DNA from: Nitrospirota bacterium
GTDB taxonomy: Bacteria > Nitrospirota > UBA9217
NCBI GenBank assembly: GCA_963754875.1
Contig: CAVWHO010000010.1
Coordinates: 64,001-128,000, forward strand
Direction of reading: 5' to 3'
DNA: 64,000 nucleotides
Made by a program: the position numbers and the translations under genes. The notes below the pieces were generated by a model. That model was given only the letters and a program-made list of their open reading frames with translations. It was not told the DNA's origin and ran no database searches. Shown piece after piece: positions 10,316 through 21,143 of the stretch. Numbering within the stretch: the stretch's first letter is position 1; each line of letters opens with the position of its first letter.

Positions 10316-11605
10316 ATGCGCGGTGCACTTACATCTTTTGTCCTTCTCCTCATTATGTGGTCTCCTTCGTATGCAGTTGAAAAACCGACAAAGCCTGTAA
10401 AAAACCTCGCGAATTATATAGCGATCTTCGACTTCGACGTCGTCGGTAAAGTCGACAAGGACATTTCCCGCCCGCTGACCGACAGCGTCCGGTATGAAAT
10501 CGTGAGGTCCGGCAGATTCAAGGTTATGGACCGGGCGAACATGGACCGCATTCTGAAGGAGCAGGCGTTCCAAATGACCGGCGGGGTCCTGAAGGACAAG
10601 GCGATTGAAGCGGGGCAGTTCCTCGGCGTGGGCAAGATCGTGATCGGCTCGATCGGCATCGTCGGGCGGACCTATATGATCTCGCTTTCCCTGCTGAATA
10701 TCGAATCAGGAGAAACGGAACGGGTCGAGGAAGGCACCTGCAAGTGCGAGCTGGATGAATTGATCGAGTCGGTCAGGCATACGGCGAACAAACTCATCGC
10801 AGAAGGGCCCGCGCCGGCACCGGCCCCCATGCCGACTCCTCCACCTGCCCCTCTTCGACCCGCGAGCGCGCCTCAGATGTCCGCGCCCGTAGCCGCACCC
10901 TCGGGCGTCACTTACCGAGACCCGGTCACCGGAATGGAATTCGTTCTCATCAGGGGCGGGTGTTTTCAGATGGGCGACGTTTTCGATGACGGGGACCGCG
11001 AGGAGCGACCGGTGCACGAGGTCTGCGTCGATGATTTCTATCTCGGCAGATACGAGGTGACGCAGGGACAGTGGAAGACGATCAAGAGCAGGAATCCTTC
11101 GTCAAACAAGAACAGCGATATGAATCCCGTCGAAGATGTGAGCTGGAACGATGTCCAGGACTTTATCAAGGAGCTCAACCAGAAAACAGGCAGATACTTC
11201 CGTCTTCCCACCGAGGCCGAATGGGAGTACGCGGCGCGAAGCGGGGGACAGCGGGAAAAGTGGGCCGGTACGAACAACGAAAACGAACTCGACAGTTATG
11301 CATGGAGCAATAATAACTCCAACAGGGACACCCATCCCGTGGGGCAGAAGAGACCGAATGCTCTCGGGCTGTACGATATGACGGGCAATGTTTGGGAGTG
11401 GGTCGGCGACTGGTACGACAGGTCCTATTACAGTGAAAGCCCGAGAAACAATCCGAGCGGCCCGGGGCGAGGCAGCGATCGCGTGTACCGCGGGGGCTCA
11501 TATAAAGACAGAGCAGATGACCTCCGAACGATGAAACGGGAAAATAAGTCCAATCGCCGGAGTGATTCCAGCTTAGGTTTTCGTTTGGCCCTTTCGGCAC
11601 GATAA
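10316..11605 (+). CDS. Exported protein: CsgG/FlgO-like N-terminal domain, Pro/Ala linker, FGE-sulfatase (SUMF1) domain
   Basis: Signal peptide; FKVMDRANMDRILKEQ; RLPTEAEWEYAAR, GLYDMTGNVWEW, RGGS, LGFR motifs. Confidence 0.85.
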   Translation: MRGALTSFVLLLIMWSPSYAVEKPTKPVKNLANYIAIFDFDVVGKVDKDISRPLTDSVRYEIVRSGRFKVMDRANMDRILKEQAFQMTGGVLKDKAIEAGQFLGVGKIVIGSIGIVGRTYMISLSLLNIESGETERVEEGTCKCELDELIESVRHTANKLIAEGPAPAPAPMPTPPPAPLRPASAPQMSAPVAAPSGVTYRDPVTGMEFVLIRGGCFQMGDVFDDGDREERPVHEVCVDDFYLGRYEVTQGQWKTIKSRNPSSNKNSDMNPVEDVSWNDVQDFIKELNQKTGRYFRLPTEAEWEYAARSGGQREKWAGTNNENELDSYAWSNNNSNRDTHPVGQKRPNALGLYDMTGNVWEWVGDWYDRSYYSESPRNNPSGPGRGSDRVYRGGSYKDRADDLRTMKRENKSNRRSDSSLGFRLALSAR

Positions 11606-11639
11606 CCCGACTTCCATCACGCTCATCTGAGGAGTATGA

Positions 11640-12401
11640 ATGTTTTGTCCGCATTGTGGTAAGGAAATCACGGAGGGCCAGTCCTTCTGTCAGTACTGCG
11701 GATTGCGTCTTGTGACCGAGCAGGGTTCAGTTCCGTCTGTCATCGGGAGGCGTAAAACACCCTGGGAAAACCGGGAAGAGGTTGGCTTTTTCCCCGGTTT
11801 GTTCAAGACCCTGAAAGAGGCGCTGTTTACTCCTTCCGAGTTCTTCAGGAAGATGCCTGTTTCGGCCGGTTTGACTGATCCCTTACTGTATGCACTCATA
11901 ATAGGCATGATCGGTCTCATGGCCCATTATTTCTGGGACATGCTCCTTTATAATTCCCTGCCGGATTTTATCGCATCGGAAGTGAAAACAGCAGCAGGAC
12001 GCAGCGTGGTAGAGGGGTTACGCTCACCCTTAGCGGCAATGATTACGCCGTTCCTCTTGATTTTCTGGATTTTTGTAGCATCAGGCGCGCTTCATCTTTT
12101 TCTGCTTTTGGCACGAGGGGCCCTGGCCGGTTTTGAAGCTACCTTCCGGGTCATTGCCTATGGTGTTTCTCCTTTTGTGTTCCTTATTGTTCCTTTCTGC
12201 GGCATGCCGATTGCGGGATTGTGGGTAATGACTATTGCTATCATCGGCCTTAAAGAGGCGCATGGAACAACCGGCGGCAAAGCTGCCTTTGCCGTCCTTT
12301 TCCCCTTCCTCTTCTGTTGCGGGCTTTTTATTGCAGCAATGGTCCTGTTCATGGGGGCTATGGCTGCGTCATTCGGCAGCATGGTGCATTTTCATCCATA
12401 G
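11640..12401 (+). CDS. Zinc-ribbon + Yip1-like membrane protein
   Basis: CPHCG...CQYCG, TPWE motif, about five TM helices. Confidence 0.8.
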   Translation: MFCPHCGKEITEGQSFCQYCGLRLVTEQGSVPSVIGRRKTPWENREEVGFFPGLFKTLKEALFTPSEFFRKMPVSAGLTDPLLYALIIGMIGLMAHYFWDMLLYNSLPDFIASEVKTAAGRSVVEGLRSPLAAMITPFLLIFWIFVASGALHLFLLLARGALAGFEATFRVIAYGVSPFVFLIVPFCGMPIAGLWVMTIAIIGLKEAHGTTGGKAAFAVLFPFLFCCGLFIAAMVLFMGAMAASFGSMVHFHP

Positions 12402-12419
12402 CATGTCCAATCATCGTTC

Positions 12420-12827
12420 ATGCGTATAGCTTTCAAAAAGAGATCAACCGGCCAGATAGAGTTCGGTATCATTTACGGAAGCATGGCACTCCTCATTCTC
12501 GGCGCAGCCAGGGTTCTTCCAATCCTTTCCATTGCTCCATCCTGTGTATTTAAAGGAATCACCGGCTTTCCCTGCCCGACGTGCGGTACGACGCGGTCGG
12601 TGCTCTATTTGTCGCAGGGCGACATCGCAACCGCTCTTGCAATGAATCCCCTTGCGTCTCTGGGACTCATAGCTGCCGTTCCCTATTTTTTCTATAGCGT
12701 CATCACGCTGATATTTAATCTGCCAAGAATGAGTTTCATCCTTACAGACCGTGAAAAAAAAGCCGTGCATGCAACAGCGGTCATGTTTCTCCTTGTTCAG
12801 TGGGCCTATCTTATCTTTACGCGTTGA
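12420..12827 (+). CDS. DUF2752 family membrane protein
   Basis: CVFKGITGFPCPTCGTTRS...NPL motif. Confidence 0.85.
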   Translation: MRIAFKKRSTGQIEFGIIYGSMALLILGAARVLPILSIAPSCVFKGITGFPCPTCGTTRSVLYLSQGDIATALAMNPLASLGLIAAVPYFFYSVITLIFNLPRMSFILTDREKKAVHATAVMFLLVQWAYLIFTR

Positions 12828-12950
12828 TCATGCTGATTTCACCCCGATTGAGTCGTCTAGGCAATAATATTATTTACATTTAAGTACCAGTATGTTAGTA
12901 TAAATGTCTTTAAGAATATCCCATACTTTTGCACAGTTAGGGAGGTAAGC

Positions 12951-13892
12951 GTGGGCCGCGTAGTTATTGGCGTGGACCTCGGCGGTACGAACTTAAGAAC
13001 AGCGCTTCTGAGCTCTGAAGGGGATATTCTCGACAAGAGCAAGGAGGCGACGTACGCATCCGACGGATGGAAAAAAGTCGTTCAACGACTGATACAGAAC
13101 ATCCAACGTCAGCAGGAAATCGCTGTTCAACAAGGATTGTCGATAACTGCCGTAGGTGTGGGTGCCCCCGGTGTCATTCAGGTGGACAAAGGAATCGTGG
13201 TGAAGTCTCCCAATTTTCCGGACTGGAATAATCTACCCCTTAAAGATGAATTAGAGAACGTACTCAGCTTGCCCGTTACTATCGAAAACGATGCGAATGC
13301 AGCCGCTCTCGGTGAACAGTGGCGCGGCGCGGGAAGGGGCATCGGGAGCATGATCCTCCTGACGCTGGGTACCGGCGTAGGCGGCGGCATCGTCCTCAAT
13401 AGACAAATTTGGCACGGCGCGGACGGCATGGCTGGTGAGGTGGGCCACATGACGATTATTCCCGACGGCAGACAGTGCGGTTGCGGGAATACTGGCTGCC
13501 TCGAAATGTATGCATCGGCGCGGGGCATCGTGCAGAGTTACCGGGAAGCGGGAGGCGTTTCTGAGACCGGGAATCAGTCGGAGATCACGTCGGCGCAGGT
13601 GTATCAGGCAGCGAGCAATGGCAACGTCCGTGCAGTCGAGGTCATGCAGGACATGGGTCGCATACTTGGGATCGGCATTGCGAACCTGATCAATATATTT
13701 AATCCCGAGATGGTCGTCATCGGGGGTGGAGTGAAGGACGCCTGGCCGCTCTTTATCGATTCCACGCGGGCAGAGATCAGGAAGCGTGCTTTCGAAGTCC
13801 CCGCCGCTCGCACGGAGATCGTGCCATCCAAACTCGGCGACGATGCCGGCATGGTCGGAGCCGCCGCCGCCGCACTTCAAAAGCTAGGATAG
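12951..13892 (+). CDS. glk: ROK family glucokinase
   Basis: GVDLGGT, ENDANAAALGE, GTGVGGG, GEVGH, CGCGNTGCLE. Confidence 0.88.
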   Translation: MGRVVIGVDLGGTNLRTALLSSEGDILDKSKEATYASDGWKKVVQRLIQNIQRQQEIAVQQGLSITAVGVGAPGVIQVDKGIVVKSPNFPDWNNLPLKDELENVLSLPVTIENDANAAALGEQWRGAGRGIGSMILLTLGTGVGGGIVLNRQIWHGADGMAGEVGHMTIIPDGRQCGCGNTGCLEMYASARGIVQSYREAGGVSETGNQSEITSAQVYQAASNGNVRAVEVMQDMGRILGIGIANLINIFNPEMVVIGGGVKDAWPLFIDSTRAEIRKRAFEVPAARTEIVPSKLGDDAGMVGAAAAALQKLG

Positions 13893-14003
13893 AACGAAAT
13901 GATGAATGGGAGAAAGGGTGACAAGGGCAATCGGACACCGGAGCGTTCTTTTGTTTTACAGATCCTCTGATTCAACGGTTCACAGTGTTCCTCTGTAAGA
14001 ATT

Positions 14004-15815
14004 ATGGCAAGTACGAATATCAGAAACTTTTGCATCATCGCACATATTGATCACGGAAAGTCCACTCTTGCCGACAGGATTCTCGAATATACTGGCGCGC
14101 TTTCGGACAGGGAAATGGCCGCGGCAGGAAGCGATCAGGTGCTCGACGATATGGACCTTGAACGAGAGCGGGGCATCACGATCAAGGCCCATGCGGTCCG
14201 GCTGAAATATAAAGCGTCGGACGGGCAGGAATACGTCTTGAACCTGATAGACACACCCGGTCATGTCGATTTCACGTACGAGGTTTCTCGCAGCATGGCT
14301 GCCTGTGAAGGTGCTCTTCTCGTGGTAGACGCCTCGCAGGGAGTAGAAGCTCAGACGCTCGCCAATGCTTACCTCGCGATCGACCACAACCTTGAGATGA
14401 TCCCGGTCATCAATAAGATCGATCTGCCGAGCGCGAACGTTGAAGAGGTGAAACACCAGATCGAGGACATTGTCGGACTCGATGCATCGGGCGCCATCCC
14501 GGCGAGTGCCAAGGCAGGTATCGGAACGAAGGAGATACTGGAATCGGTTGTAAAAAAAATCCCGGCTCCTGCAGGTAACGCTGATGCGCCTCTGAGGGCT
14601 CTTTTATTCGATTCTTGGTATGATACGTATCAGGGCGTGGTCATCCTGGTAAGGGTAGTTGACGGAACCGTTCGCCCGAAGCAGAAGATCAAACTAAATT
14701 CGACCGGTGCGGTTTATGAAGTGCAATCTGTAGGTGTTTTCACACCCAAGATGCAGCCAACTTCGGAACTGTTGCAGGGAGAGGTGGGGTGCATCATCGC
14801 CGGTATCAAGAGGATCTCGGACGCCAAGATCGGTGATACGGTCATGGATGCAGATCGACCTGCCGATGCGCCGTTGCCCGGCTATAAGGACGTGAAACCC
14901 ATGGTCTTTGCCGGCATCTATCCGATGATCAGCGAAGACTATGCAGACCTGCGCGATGCTCTGGAAAAACTGCGGTTGAACGATTCCTCGTTCACGTACG
15001 AGCCCGAAACGTCGCTCGCACTCGGTTTTGGTTTTCGCTGCGGGTTCCTGGGGCTTCTGCACATGGACATAGTGAAGGAAAGGCTTGAACGGGAGTTCAA
15101 ACTGGCCCTCATTCCGACGGCGCCCACTGTGGTTTACCGGGTGACGAAGAATAACGGTGAGGTCGTCATGGTTGACAATCCGGCCAAGTTGCCGAACATT
15201 CAGGACATCCAGCGCATTGAGGAACCCATGATTTTGGCATCGCTCATAACACCGGAACAGTATGTGGGCTCGCTCATCGCCTTGTGCCAGGAGCGGCGGG
15301 GCATCCAGAAGGAAATAACCTATATCACGAAAGATCGTGTTCTCATCAGCTACGAGCTCCCGCTGAATGAGATCGTGATGGATTTTTATGACAAGCTCAA
15401 ATCCCTGACCAAGGGATACGCCTCGCTCGATTACGAGCTTTCGGGTTATGTGGAGTCCGACCTGGTGAAGCTCGACATGCTCTTGAACGGCGAACCCGTT
15501 GATGCGCTGTCGCTCATCACGCACCGCGAGAAGGCAGCGATCCGCGGCAGACAGCTCGCCGAGAAACTCAAAGAGGTGATTCCGCGGCAGCTCTACGAAG
15601 TGGTCATCCAAGCTGCGATCGGTGCCAAGATCATAGCACGCGAGACGGTCAAGGCGCTGCGCAAGGACGTCACAGCCAAGTGCTACGGCGGAGATATCAC
15701 AAGAAAACGTAAACTTCTTGAAAAACAGAAAGAAGGCAAGAAGAAAATGAAACAGGTCGGGAGCGTGGAACTCCCCCAGGAGGCATTCCTTGCCGTGCTC
15801 AAGGTGGGAGAGTAG
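14004..15815 (+). CDS. lepA: Elongation factor 4
   Basis: [45 protein letters not shown]. Confidence 0.98.
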   Translation: MASTNIRNFCIIAHIDHGKSTLADRILEYTGALSDREMAAAGSDQVLDDMDLERERGITIKAHAVRLKYKASDGQEYVLNLIDTPGHVDFTYEVSRSMAACEGALLVVDASQGVEAQTLANAYLAIDHNLEMIPVINKIDLPSANVEEVKHQIEDIVGLDASGAIPASAKAGIGTKEILESVVKKIPAPAGNADAPLRALLFDSWYDTYQGVVILVRVVDGTVRPKQKIKLNSTGAVYEVQSVGVFTPKMQPTSELLQGEVGCIIAGIKRISDAKIGDTVMDADRPADAPLPGYKDVKPMVFAGIYPMISEDYADLRDALEKLRLNDSSFTYEPETSLALGFGFRCGFLGLLHMDIVKERLEREFKLALIPTAPTVVYRVTKNNGEVVMVDNPAKLPNIQDIQRIEEPMILASLITPEQYVGSLIALCQERRGIQKEITYITKDRVLISYELPLNEIVMDFYDKLKSLTKGYASLDYELSGYVESDLVKLDMLLNGEPVDALSLITHREKAAIRGRQLAEKLKEVIPRQLYEVVIQAAIGAKIIARETVKALRKDVTAKCYGGDITRKRKLLEKQKEGKKKMKQVGSVELPQEAFLAVLKVGE

Positions 15816-15928
15816 CGAGGAAAAGAGGGGAGTCGAAGTGGAAAAATTGAGATTCCAACCGGCGGTTTTCAACTTCCAATTCTGAATTTACAGTCCATCG
15901 CATACATTGCGATAGTATCGGAGGCAGG

Positions 15929-16633
15929 ATGTCTGAAATAGAGGCGAACATGATAAAAAAGAAATCATTTTACAAAGAATGGATAGAGCCCTTTCTTATC
16001 GCGGCAATCGTGGCGTTGTTCATCAGGCAGTTCATCGTCGAGGCGTTCAAGATTCCGTCGGGGTCGATGATCCCGACACTGACCATCGGCGATCATTTGC
16101 TCGTCAACAAGTTTGTCTATGGCCCGAGAATACCTTTCACGGATACCAGGATCTTTACCTGGAAGGAGCCGAAGCGCGGCGAGGTAATTGTTTTCAAGTA
16201 CCCGGAGAACGAAGACAAAAATTTTATTAAACGTGTTGTCGGTTTGCCCGGCGACAAAATACAGATCGTCAATGGCAAATTATTCATCAATGATCAGGTC
16301 GTTCCGATAGAAGCGACCGGCGCTCCGGCGGATAAAAGTGTGGAGGAGGGGCCGTCTTTCGGTAAACCGATGTTCTACGAGGAACAACTCGGAACGGTCA
16401 AACATGCCATACAATATCTTGTTGACCAGTCCGAGAAAAACGATGGACCATGGCTTGTGCCCAAGGATTCCGTATTCGTGATGGGCGACAACCGAGACAA
16501 CAGCCAGGACAGCCGGTTCTGGGGGTTTGTAAAAGAAAATAAGATCCTCGGCAGGGCGTTAATCATCTACTGGTCCTGGGACGGCGACGGCACATGGGTA
16601 CGGTGGGAACGGATTGGACAGCTGATACGGTAA
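15929..16633 (+). CDS. lepB: Signal peptidase I
   Basis: IPSGSMIPTL, FIKRVVGLPGD, GDNRDNSQDSR; follows lepA. Confidence 0.96.
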   Translation: MSEIEANMIKKKSFYKEWIEPFLIAAIVALFIRQFIVEAFKIPSGSMIPTLTIGDHLLVNKFVYGPRIPFTDTRIFTWKEPKRGEVIVFKYPENEDKNFIKRVVGLPGDKIQIVNGKLFINDQVVPIEATGAPADKSVEEGPSFGKPMFYEEQLGTVKHAIQYLVDQSEKNDGPWLVPKDSVFVMGDNRDNSQDSRFWGFVKENKILGRALIIYWSWDGDGTWVRWERIGQLIR

Positions 16634-16653
16634 TTTGGAAAGGGGCATTAACC

Positions 16654-17049
16654 ATGTCCAGACTTTTTACAGAAAGAGGCGGAATCAACCTCAAAGTCCT
16701 ATTGTGGCTTTTGTTGTTATTCATTGTTGTGCATGTTGGGATTAAACTCGTCCCTATGTATATGGATGCAGAGCGTATGAAAGATGAGATGGCCGTAAAG
16801 GCCGGGTTTGCGCAAACGCTCAAAGATGAAGAAATTTTGACGGACCTTGTGAATAAGGCAAAAGAACTCGACATTCCCCTCGGCCCGGAAAATTTTATTT
16901 TAATGAGGGACGATGATAACCGCAGGATGAAAATCAGCACGCACTGGGATGTGACGGTACATTTCTTTTTTGATATTTACCCCCCGTATACAACGAGGGT
17001 GTTCCACTTTGAACCGGCAATCGAGGCAAATTATTCGCGGCAATTGTGA
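16654..17049 (+). CDS. DUF4845-like pilin-like membrane protein
   Basis: ERGG + hydrophobic helix + KLVPMYM; typical position after lepB. Confidence 0.65.
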   Translation: MSRLFTERGGINLKVLLWLLLLFIVVHVGIKLVPMYMDAERMKDEMAVKAGFAQTLKDEEILTDLVNKAKELDIPLGPENFILMRDDDNRRMKISTHWDVTVHFFFDIYPPYTTRVFHFEPAIEANYSRQL

Positions 17050-17110
17050 GTACGGTGTCAGATCAATTGAAGTAGGGGAAAAAAGCTGCAGCAACGCGAG
17101 GTGGACGATT

Positions 17111-17993
17111 GTGATACGCAGCATGACAGGATTCGGGCGAAAGGAAACAGACAATGCGGTCGCCCACTTTGTTATAGAAATACGATCGCTCAATAACCGT
17201 TATCTCGACATCCAGGTGAAGGCGCCGCGGGGCCTTTCCCTGTTGGAAACGCGGGTGAAAAAGACCGTACAGGACCGTTTTTCCCGCGGCCGGTTTGACG
17301 TATTTATTTCCCGGAACGGGCAACAGGAAAAAAACGCCAGGCTTGTCGTGAATGAGGAACTGGCCGGTCAATATGTTGCAGCACTGCGGGATCTCAAATC
17401 GCGGTACGGCCTGGACGGGAGAGATTGAACTCTCGACTGTCGCCGCTTTTCAGGATATTGTCGCGGTTTCAGAAACGATGGAGGACCCGGAAAAGGTATG
17501 GCAGGTCTTGTCAACCGGCCTTTCGCAGGCACTCGATGAACTCGATAGGATGCGGACCGAGGAGGGAGCGGCCCTGGCGGGGGACATCTTGTCCCGGATC
17601 GGAACAATCGACCTGTTGACCAACGCAATTCGTAAAAAGGCCCCTGCCTCCGTCGAACACGCAAGAAAACGGATGACGGAGACCTTGAACAAACTTCTGA
17701 CTGAACAGCCCGACCCCGTGAGACTGGCCCAGGAGATCGCGATCCTCGCGGAGAGAACGGATGTTACTGAAGAACTTACCCGACTTGGCAGCCATATGAA
17801 ACAATTTCGCACGCTTATGACCGATGCGAACGGGGAGACAGTGGGCAGGAAACTTGATTTTTTGATTCAGGAAATGGGCCGCGAAGTAAATACGATTGCT
17901 TCGAAAGCCATGGATGCTGAAGTATCCATGGATGTGGTTAATATCAAAGCCGAGCTTGAAAAAATACGTGAACAGGTGCAGAACATCGAATAG
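17111..17993 (+). CDS. yicC: YicC/YloC family endoribonuclease, frameshift near 17420
   Basis: [10 protein letters not shown]-terminus in one frame; [39 protein letters not shown] in the next. Confidence 0.9.
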
Positions 17994-17997
17994 CGCT

Positions 17998-18249
17998 ATG
18001 GTGAACAGCCCTATCAATATAGGCTACGGCAACATGGTCATGTCAACTAAGGTGGTCGCGGTACTCTCTCCTGATTCGGCCCCGATGCGGCGTCTTCGGG
18101 AAGAGGCCAAGGAACGAAAAATGCTGATCGATGCCACCGAGGGCAGGAAAACACGGGCCATTGTCATTACCGACAGCGACCATGTGATCCTCTCCGCGGT
18201 ACAGGTTGAGACGCTGATGCAGAGATTCGCGGGAAGGGGTGAGCAGTGA
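17998..18249 (+). CDS. remA: RemA/DUF370 family protein
   Basis: [34 protein letters not shown]; between yicC and gmk. Confidence 0.9.
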   Translation: MVNSPINIGYGNMVMSTKVVAVLSPDSAPMRRLREEAKERKMLIDATEGRKTRAIVITDSDHVILSAVQVETLMQRFAGRGEQ

Positions 18250-18854
18250 AAAGGACACGGGGGCTGTTGTATGTCGTTTCCGCACCTTCCGGTGCGGGGA
18301 AAACAAGCCTGTGCCGGGCGATCACCGATTCCCTGGAAGATCTTACCCACTCTATCTCCTATACGACGCGTAAGCCGAGGCCCGGCGAGATTGACGGCCG
18401 GGACTACTATTTCGTCAGCCAGGAACGTTTTCAGGCAATGATCAAAGCCGGAGATTTTGCAGAATGGGCCGAGGTCCATTCCAATCTCTACGGCACGTCA
18501 CGGCGGGTGCTGGATGACATGATCTCGAAAGGTATCGACATCATCCTCGATATCGATACCCAGGGCGCAAAGCAGATCAAATCAAAATTTGATTCAGCTG
18601 TCTTCATTTTTATCATGCCGCCGTCGCTCGATATCCTGGAGGAACGGCTCCGCAACCGCAAGTCGGACCATGAAGATGAAATAAAGAAAAGAATGCGCAG
18701 AGCGCGTGAAGAGATCAAGGATTACGCCCTGTACGATTACCTTGTCGTGAACCGGGATTTTGAAGGGGCACTCACCGAACTTCGGTCAATTGTTATCGCT
18801 GAACGCTGCCGGATCCAGCATGCGGACACCCAGTGGATTGAAGGAATGTTCTAA
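18246..18854 (+). CDS. gmk: Guanylate kinase
   Basis: [31 protein letters not shown]. Confidence 0.97.
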   Translation: MKRTRGLLYVVSAPSGAGKTSLCRAITDSLEDLTHSISYTTRKPRPGEIDGRDYYFVSQERFQAMIKAGDFAEWAEVHSNLYGTSRRVLDDMISKGIDIILDIDTQGAKQIKSKFDSAVFIFIMPPSLDILEERLRNRKSDHEDEIKKRMRRAREEIKDYALYDYLVVNRDFEGALTELRSIVIAERCRIQHADTQWIEGMF

Positions 18855-18898
18855 CAGAAAACGAAAAATATGATACTATGTTACGCAGGAGGAAAACA

Positions 18899-19339
18899 AT
18901 GCAGAAAATAGCTCAAGACCTGATATCGCTCCCCATCGAAATGAACGACCTAATCGCCGATACGAAGTTTCGTCTCGTGCACATTGCGTCACAGCGGGTA
19001 CGGCAATTGACCGCCGGTGCTTCGCCGCAGGTAAATTCGCGATCGATCAAAGACGCGACCGTTGCCCTGGAAGAGGCTGTCGCACACAGTTTCAAGATCC
19101 TCGTAGGCGAAGAGGCGGTGAAAGCAAAGGAAGAGTTCCGCAAGGAGGAAGAGCGGGCGAAGCTTGAAGAACAGCTTTCGGCCAAAGAAGAAGAGATACG
19201 CAAAGAACTCAGTGCTTACCTGTCGGAGACGCAAGAGGAAGAGGTGGCTGAGGAGCCTTCCGAAGAACAAGCGGGAGCAGAAGAGGCTGATGAGGATGTA
19301 GAGGAACCGGCCGAGTCAGTTGAAGAGCCTGAGGAGTAG
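18899..19339 (+). CDS. rpoZ: RNA polymerase omega subunit with acidic C-terminal extension
   Basis: KFRLVHIASQRVRQL...ATVALEE; between gmk and coaBC; AGGAGG RBS. Confidence 0.85.
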   Translation: MQKIAQDLISLPIEMNDLIADTKFRLVHIASQRVRQLTAGASPQVNSRSIKDATVALEEAVAHSFKILVGEEAVKAKEEFRKEEERAKLEEQLSAKEEEIRKELSAYLSETQEEEVAEEPSEEQAGAEEADEDVEEPAESVEEPEE

Positions 19340-19344
19340 AACGG

Positions 19345-20562
19345 GTGGAACAACGTGACCTCTTGTTCGGCAGGAAGATACTGCTCGGGGTGACCGGCAG
19401 TATCGCCGCATACAAGGCAGCCGAGATTCTGCGCAGGCTCAGGGACCGGGGGGCCGAAGTCCGCGTGGCAATGACAAAAAACGCCGCTTCTTTCGTTTCA
19501 CGCCTCACCTTCGAAACCTTGAGCGGTTTGCCGGTGCTGAGCGAAGAGTTCGCGCCCGAAGAACGGACCTCGATCGGACACATCGAGATCACGAATGGAC
19601 TGGACCTTGCCCTTATCGCACCGGCGACGGCCAACGTCATTGGAAAGCTTGCAGCAGGTATAGCAGACGATTCATTGACGACGGCCATCATGGCGAGTGA
19701 CTGCCCAATGATGATCGCTCCTGCCATGAACGAAAGAATGTATCACAACCCCGTCCTTCGCAGGAACATCGACACGCTGACCGGGATGGGCGTTAAGTTC
19801 ATAGAACCCGAAAGCGGCAGCCTGGCATGCGGCGTTATTGGTGAGGGCAGGCTTGCGGATACGGACAGGATCATTCGGGAAGTTACTTCCCTATTCGCGC
19901 CAAAAGACCTCGCAGGCCAAACGGTACTTGTGACCGCAGGCCCGACTCGGGAGTCCATCGACGCTGTCCGGTTTATCAGCAATCCATCAACCGGGAAAAT
20001 GGGATATGCGCTTGCGGCTGCTGCAAAGGAGCGGGGCGCTGACGTCGTCCTTATTTCTGGTCCTACCCAGTTGCGTCCACCACAGGACGTGCGGGTCATC
20101 CCCGTTGTCAGTGCCGGAGACATGCACACTGCGGTCAAAGAACAGGCGCGGCACAGCACGATCGTTATCATGGCGGCAGCAGTGTCCGATTTTACCCCCC
20201 TCCAGAAGTTCGACCGGAAGATCAAAAAAGACAACGCTCCGACGTCCTTGCAGCTTAAGCGTACCGTGGATATCCTGCGTGAACTCGGAACGGACAAGGG
20301 AGAGCTCTTGCTCGTCGGGTTCGCTGCTGAAACAGATAATGTGGAGCAGAATGCAATTCGGAAATTAAAAGACAAAAATCTCGATATGATCGTTGTGAAC
20401 GATGTCCTCCGGTTTGGAGCAGGGTTCGGTGCTGATACCAATGCTGTTACGATCATCGATTGGACAGGAAAAAGAACCGAGCTGCCGATAATGCCGAAGG
20501 ATGAAGTTGCCCGCATCATCATAAACACCATTATACAGATCACGAAGCAAAAAGCTCACTGA
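19345..20562 (+). CDS. coaBC: Phosphopantothenoylcysteine decarboxylase/ligase
   Basis: GVTGSIAAYK, PAMN, LACG, TAGPTRE, SNPSTGKMG, AAVSD. Confidence 0.97.
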   Translation: MEQRDLLFGRKILLGVTGSIAAYKAAEILRRLRDRGAEVRVAMTKNAASFVSRLTFETLSGLPVLSEEFAPEERTSIGHIEITNGLDLALIAPATANVIGKLAAGIADDSLTTAIMASDCPMMIAPAMNERMYHNPVLRRNIDTLTGMGVKFIEPESGSLACGVIGEGRLADTDRIIREVTSLFAPKDLAGQTVLVTAGPTRESIDAVRFISNPSTGKMGYALAAAAKERGADVVLISGPTQLRPPQDVRVIPVVSAGDMHTAVKEQARHSTIVIMAAAVSDFTPLQKFDRKIKKDNAPTSLQLKRTVDILRELGTDKGELLLVGFAAETDNVEQNAIRKLKDKNLDMIVVNDVLRFGAGFGADTNAVTIIDWTGKRTELPIMPKDEVARIIINTIIQITKQKAH

Positions 20563-20678
20563 CTTCGCTTACTCCAATCCGTGACGGTCTCCTCCATAGT
20601 TTCGATGATTCTTGACAAATAAAATTTGTCAACCTATAATGACACTTATGGGAAATTCTATTTCTGTCAGGGCACGAA

Positions 20679-21143
20679 GTGAACGGGATCGAAATGGATA
20701 ATTTTGAGCTGTTGCAGAAGACGGTCCTCTTTAAAGGCAGCAGCAAAGACGAACTGGATATCGTCATGGGGCTGTTCCAGGAACGTCAAATCAAGCAGAA
20801 TGCCACCATTTTTACGGAAAAGATGCCGGCGGAAGCACTCTATATCGTAAAAAGCGGCACCGTCAAGATCACGATGATGGCAGGAGAAGGAGAAGAATTG
20901 GGACTTCTGCTCCTGGGACCCGGAGAATTTTTCGGAGAGCTTGCTCTGGTGCAGGAGGATGTCAGGCTCGTGAACGCACGTGCCGAAACAGCACTGGATC
21001 TTCTTCTGCTCACGCGAAAAGATTTTCAGGCGCTTCTCGACCTCGAGCCGCGTATGGGCGCACGGATGCTCACTGTCATTTCGAAACTGCTCGCCATGCG
21101 TGTTAAAGCGTATAATGAAAGGTTCAAGGAACTCCTCCTCTAA
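20679..21143 (+). CDS. Stand-alone cyclic nucleotide-binding domain protein (no HTH)
   Basis: LYIVKSGTVKI, GPGEFFGELAL...R phosphate-binding cassette. Confidence 0.85.
   Translation: MNGIEMDNFELLQKTVLFKGSSKDELDIVMGLFQERQIKQNATIFTEKMPAEALYIVKSGTVKITMMAGEGEELGLLLLGPGEFFGELALVQEDVRLVNARAETALDLLLLTRKDFQALLDLEPRMGARMLTVISKLLAMRVKAYNERFKELLL

Noticed and set aside
10916..11605. FGE-sulfatase/CLec domain as a diversity-generating retroelement target
   Set aside because: No reverse transcriptase and no second near-identical template repeat seen in the window; a remote DGR cannot be excluded.
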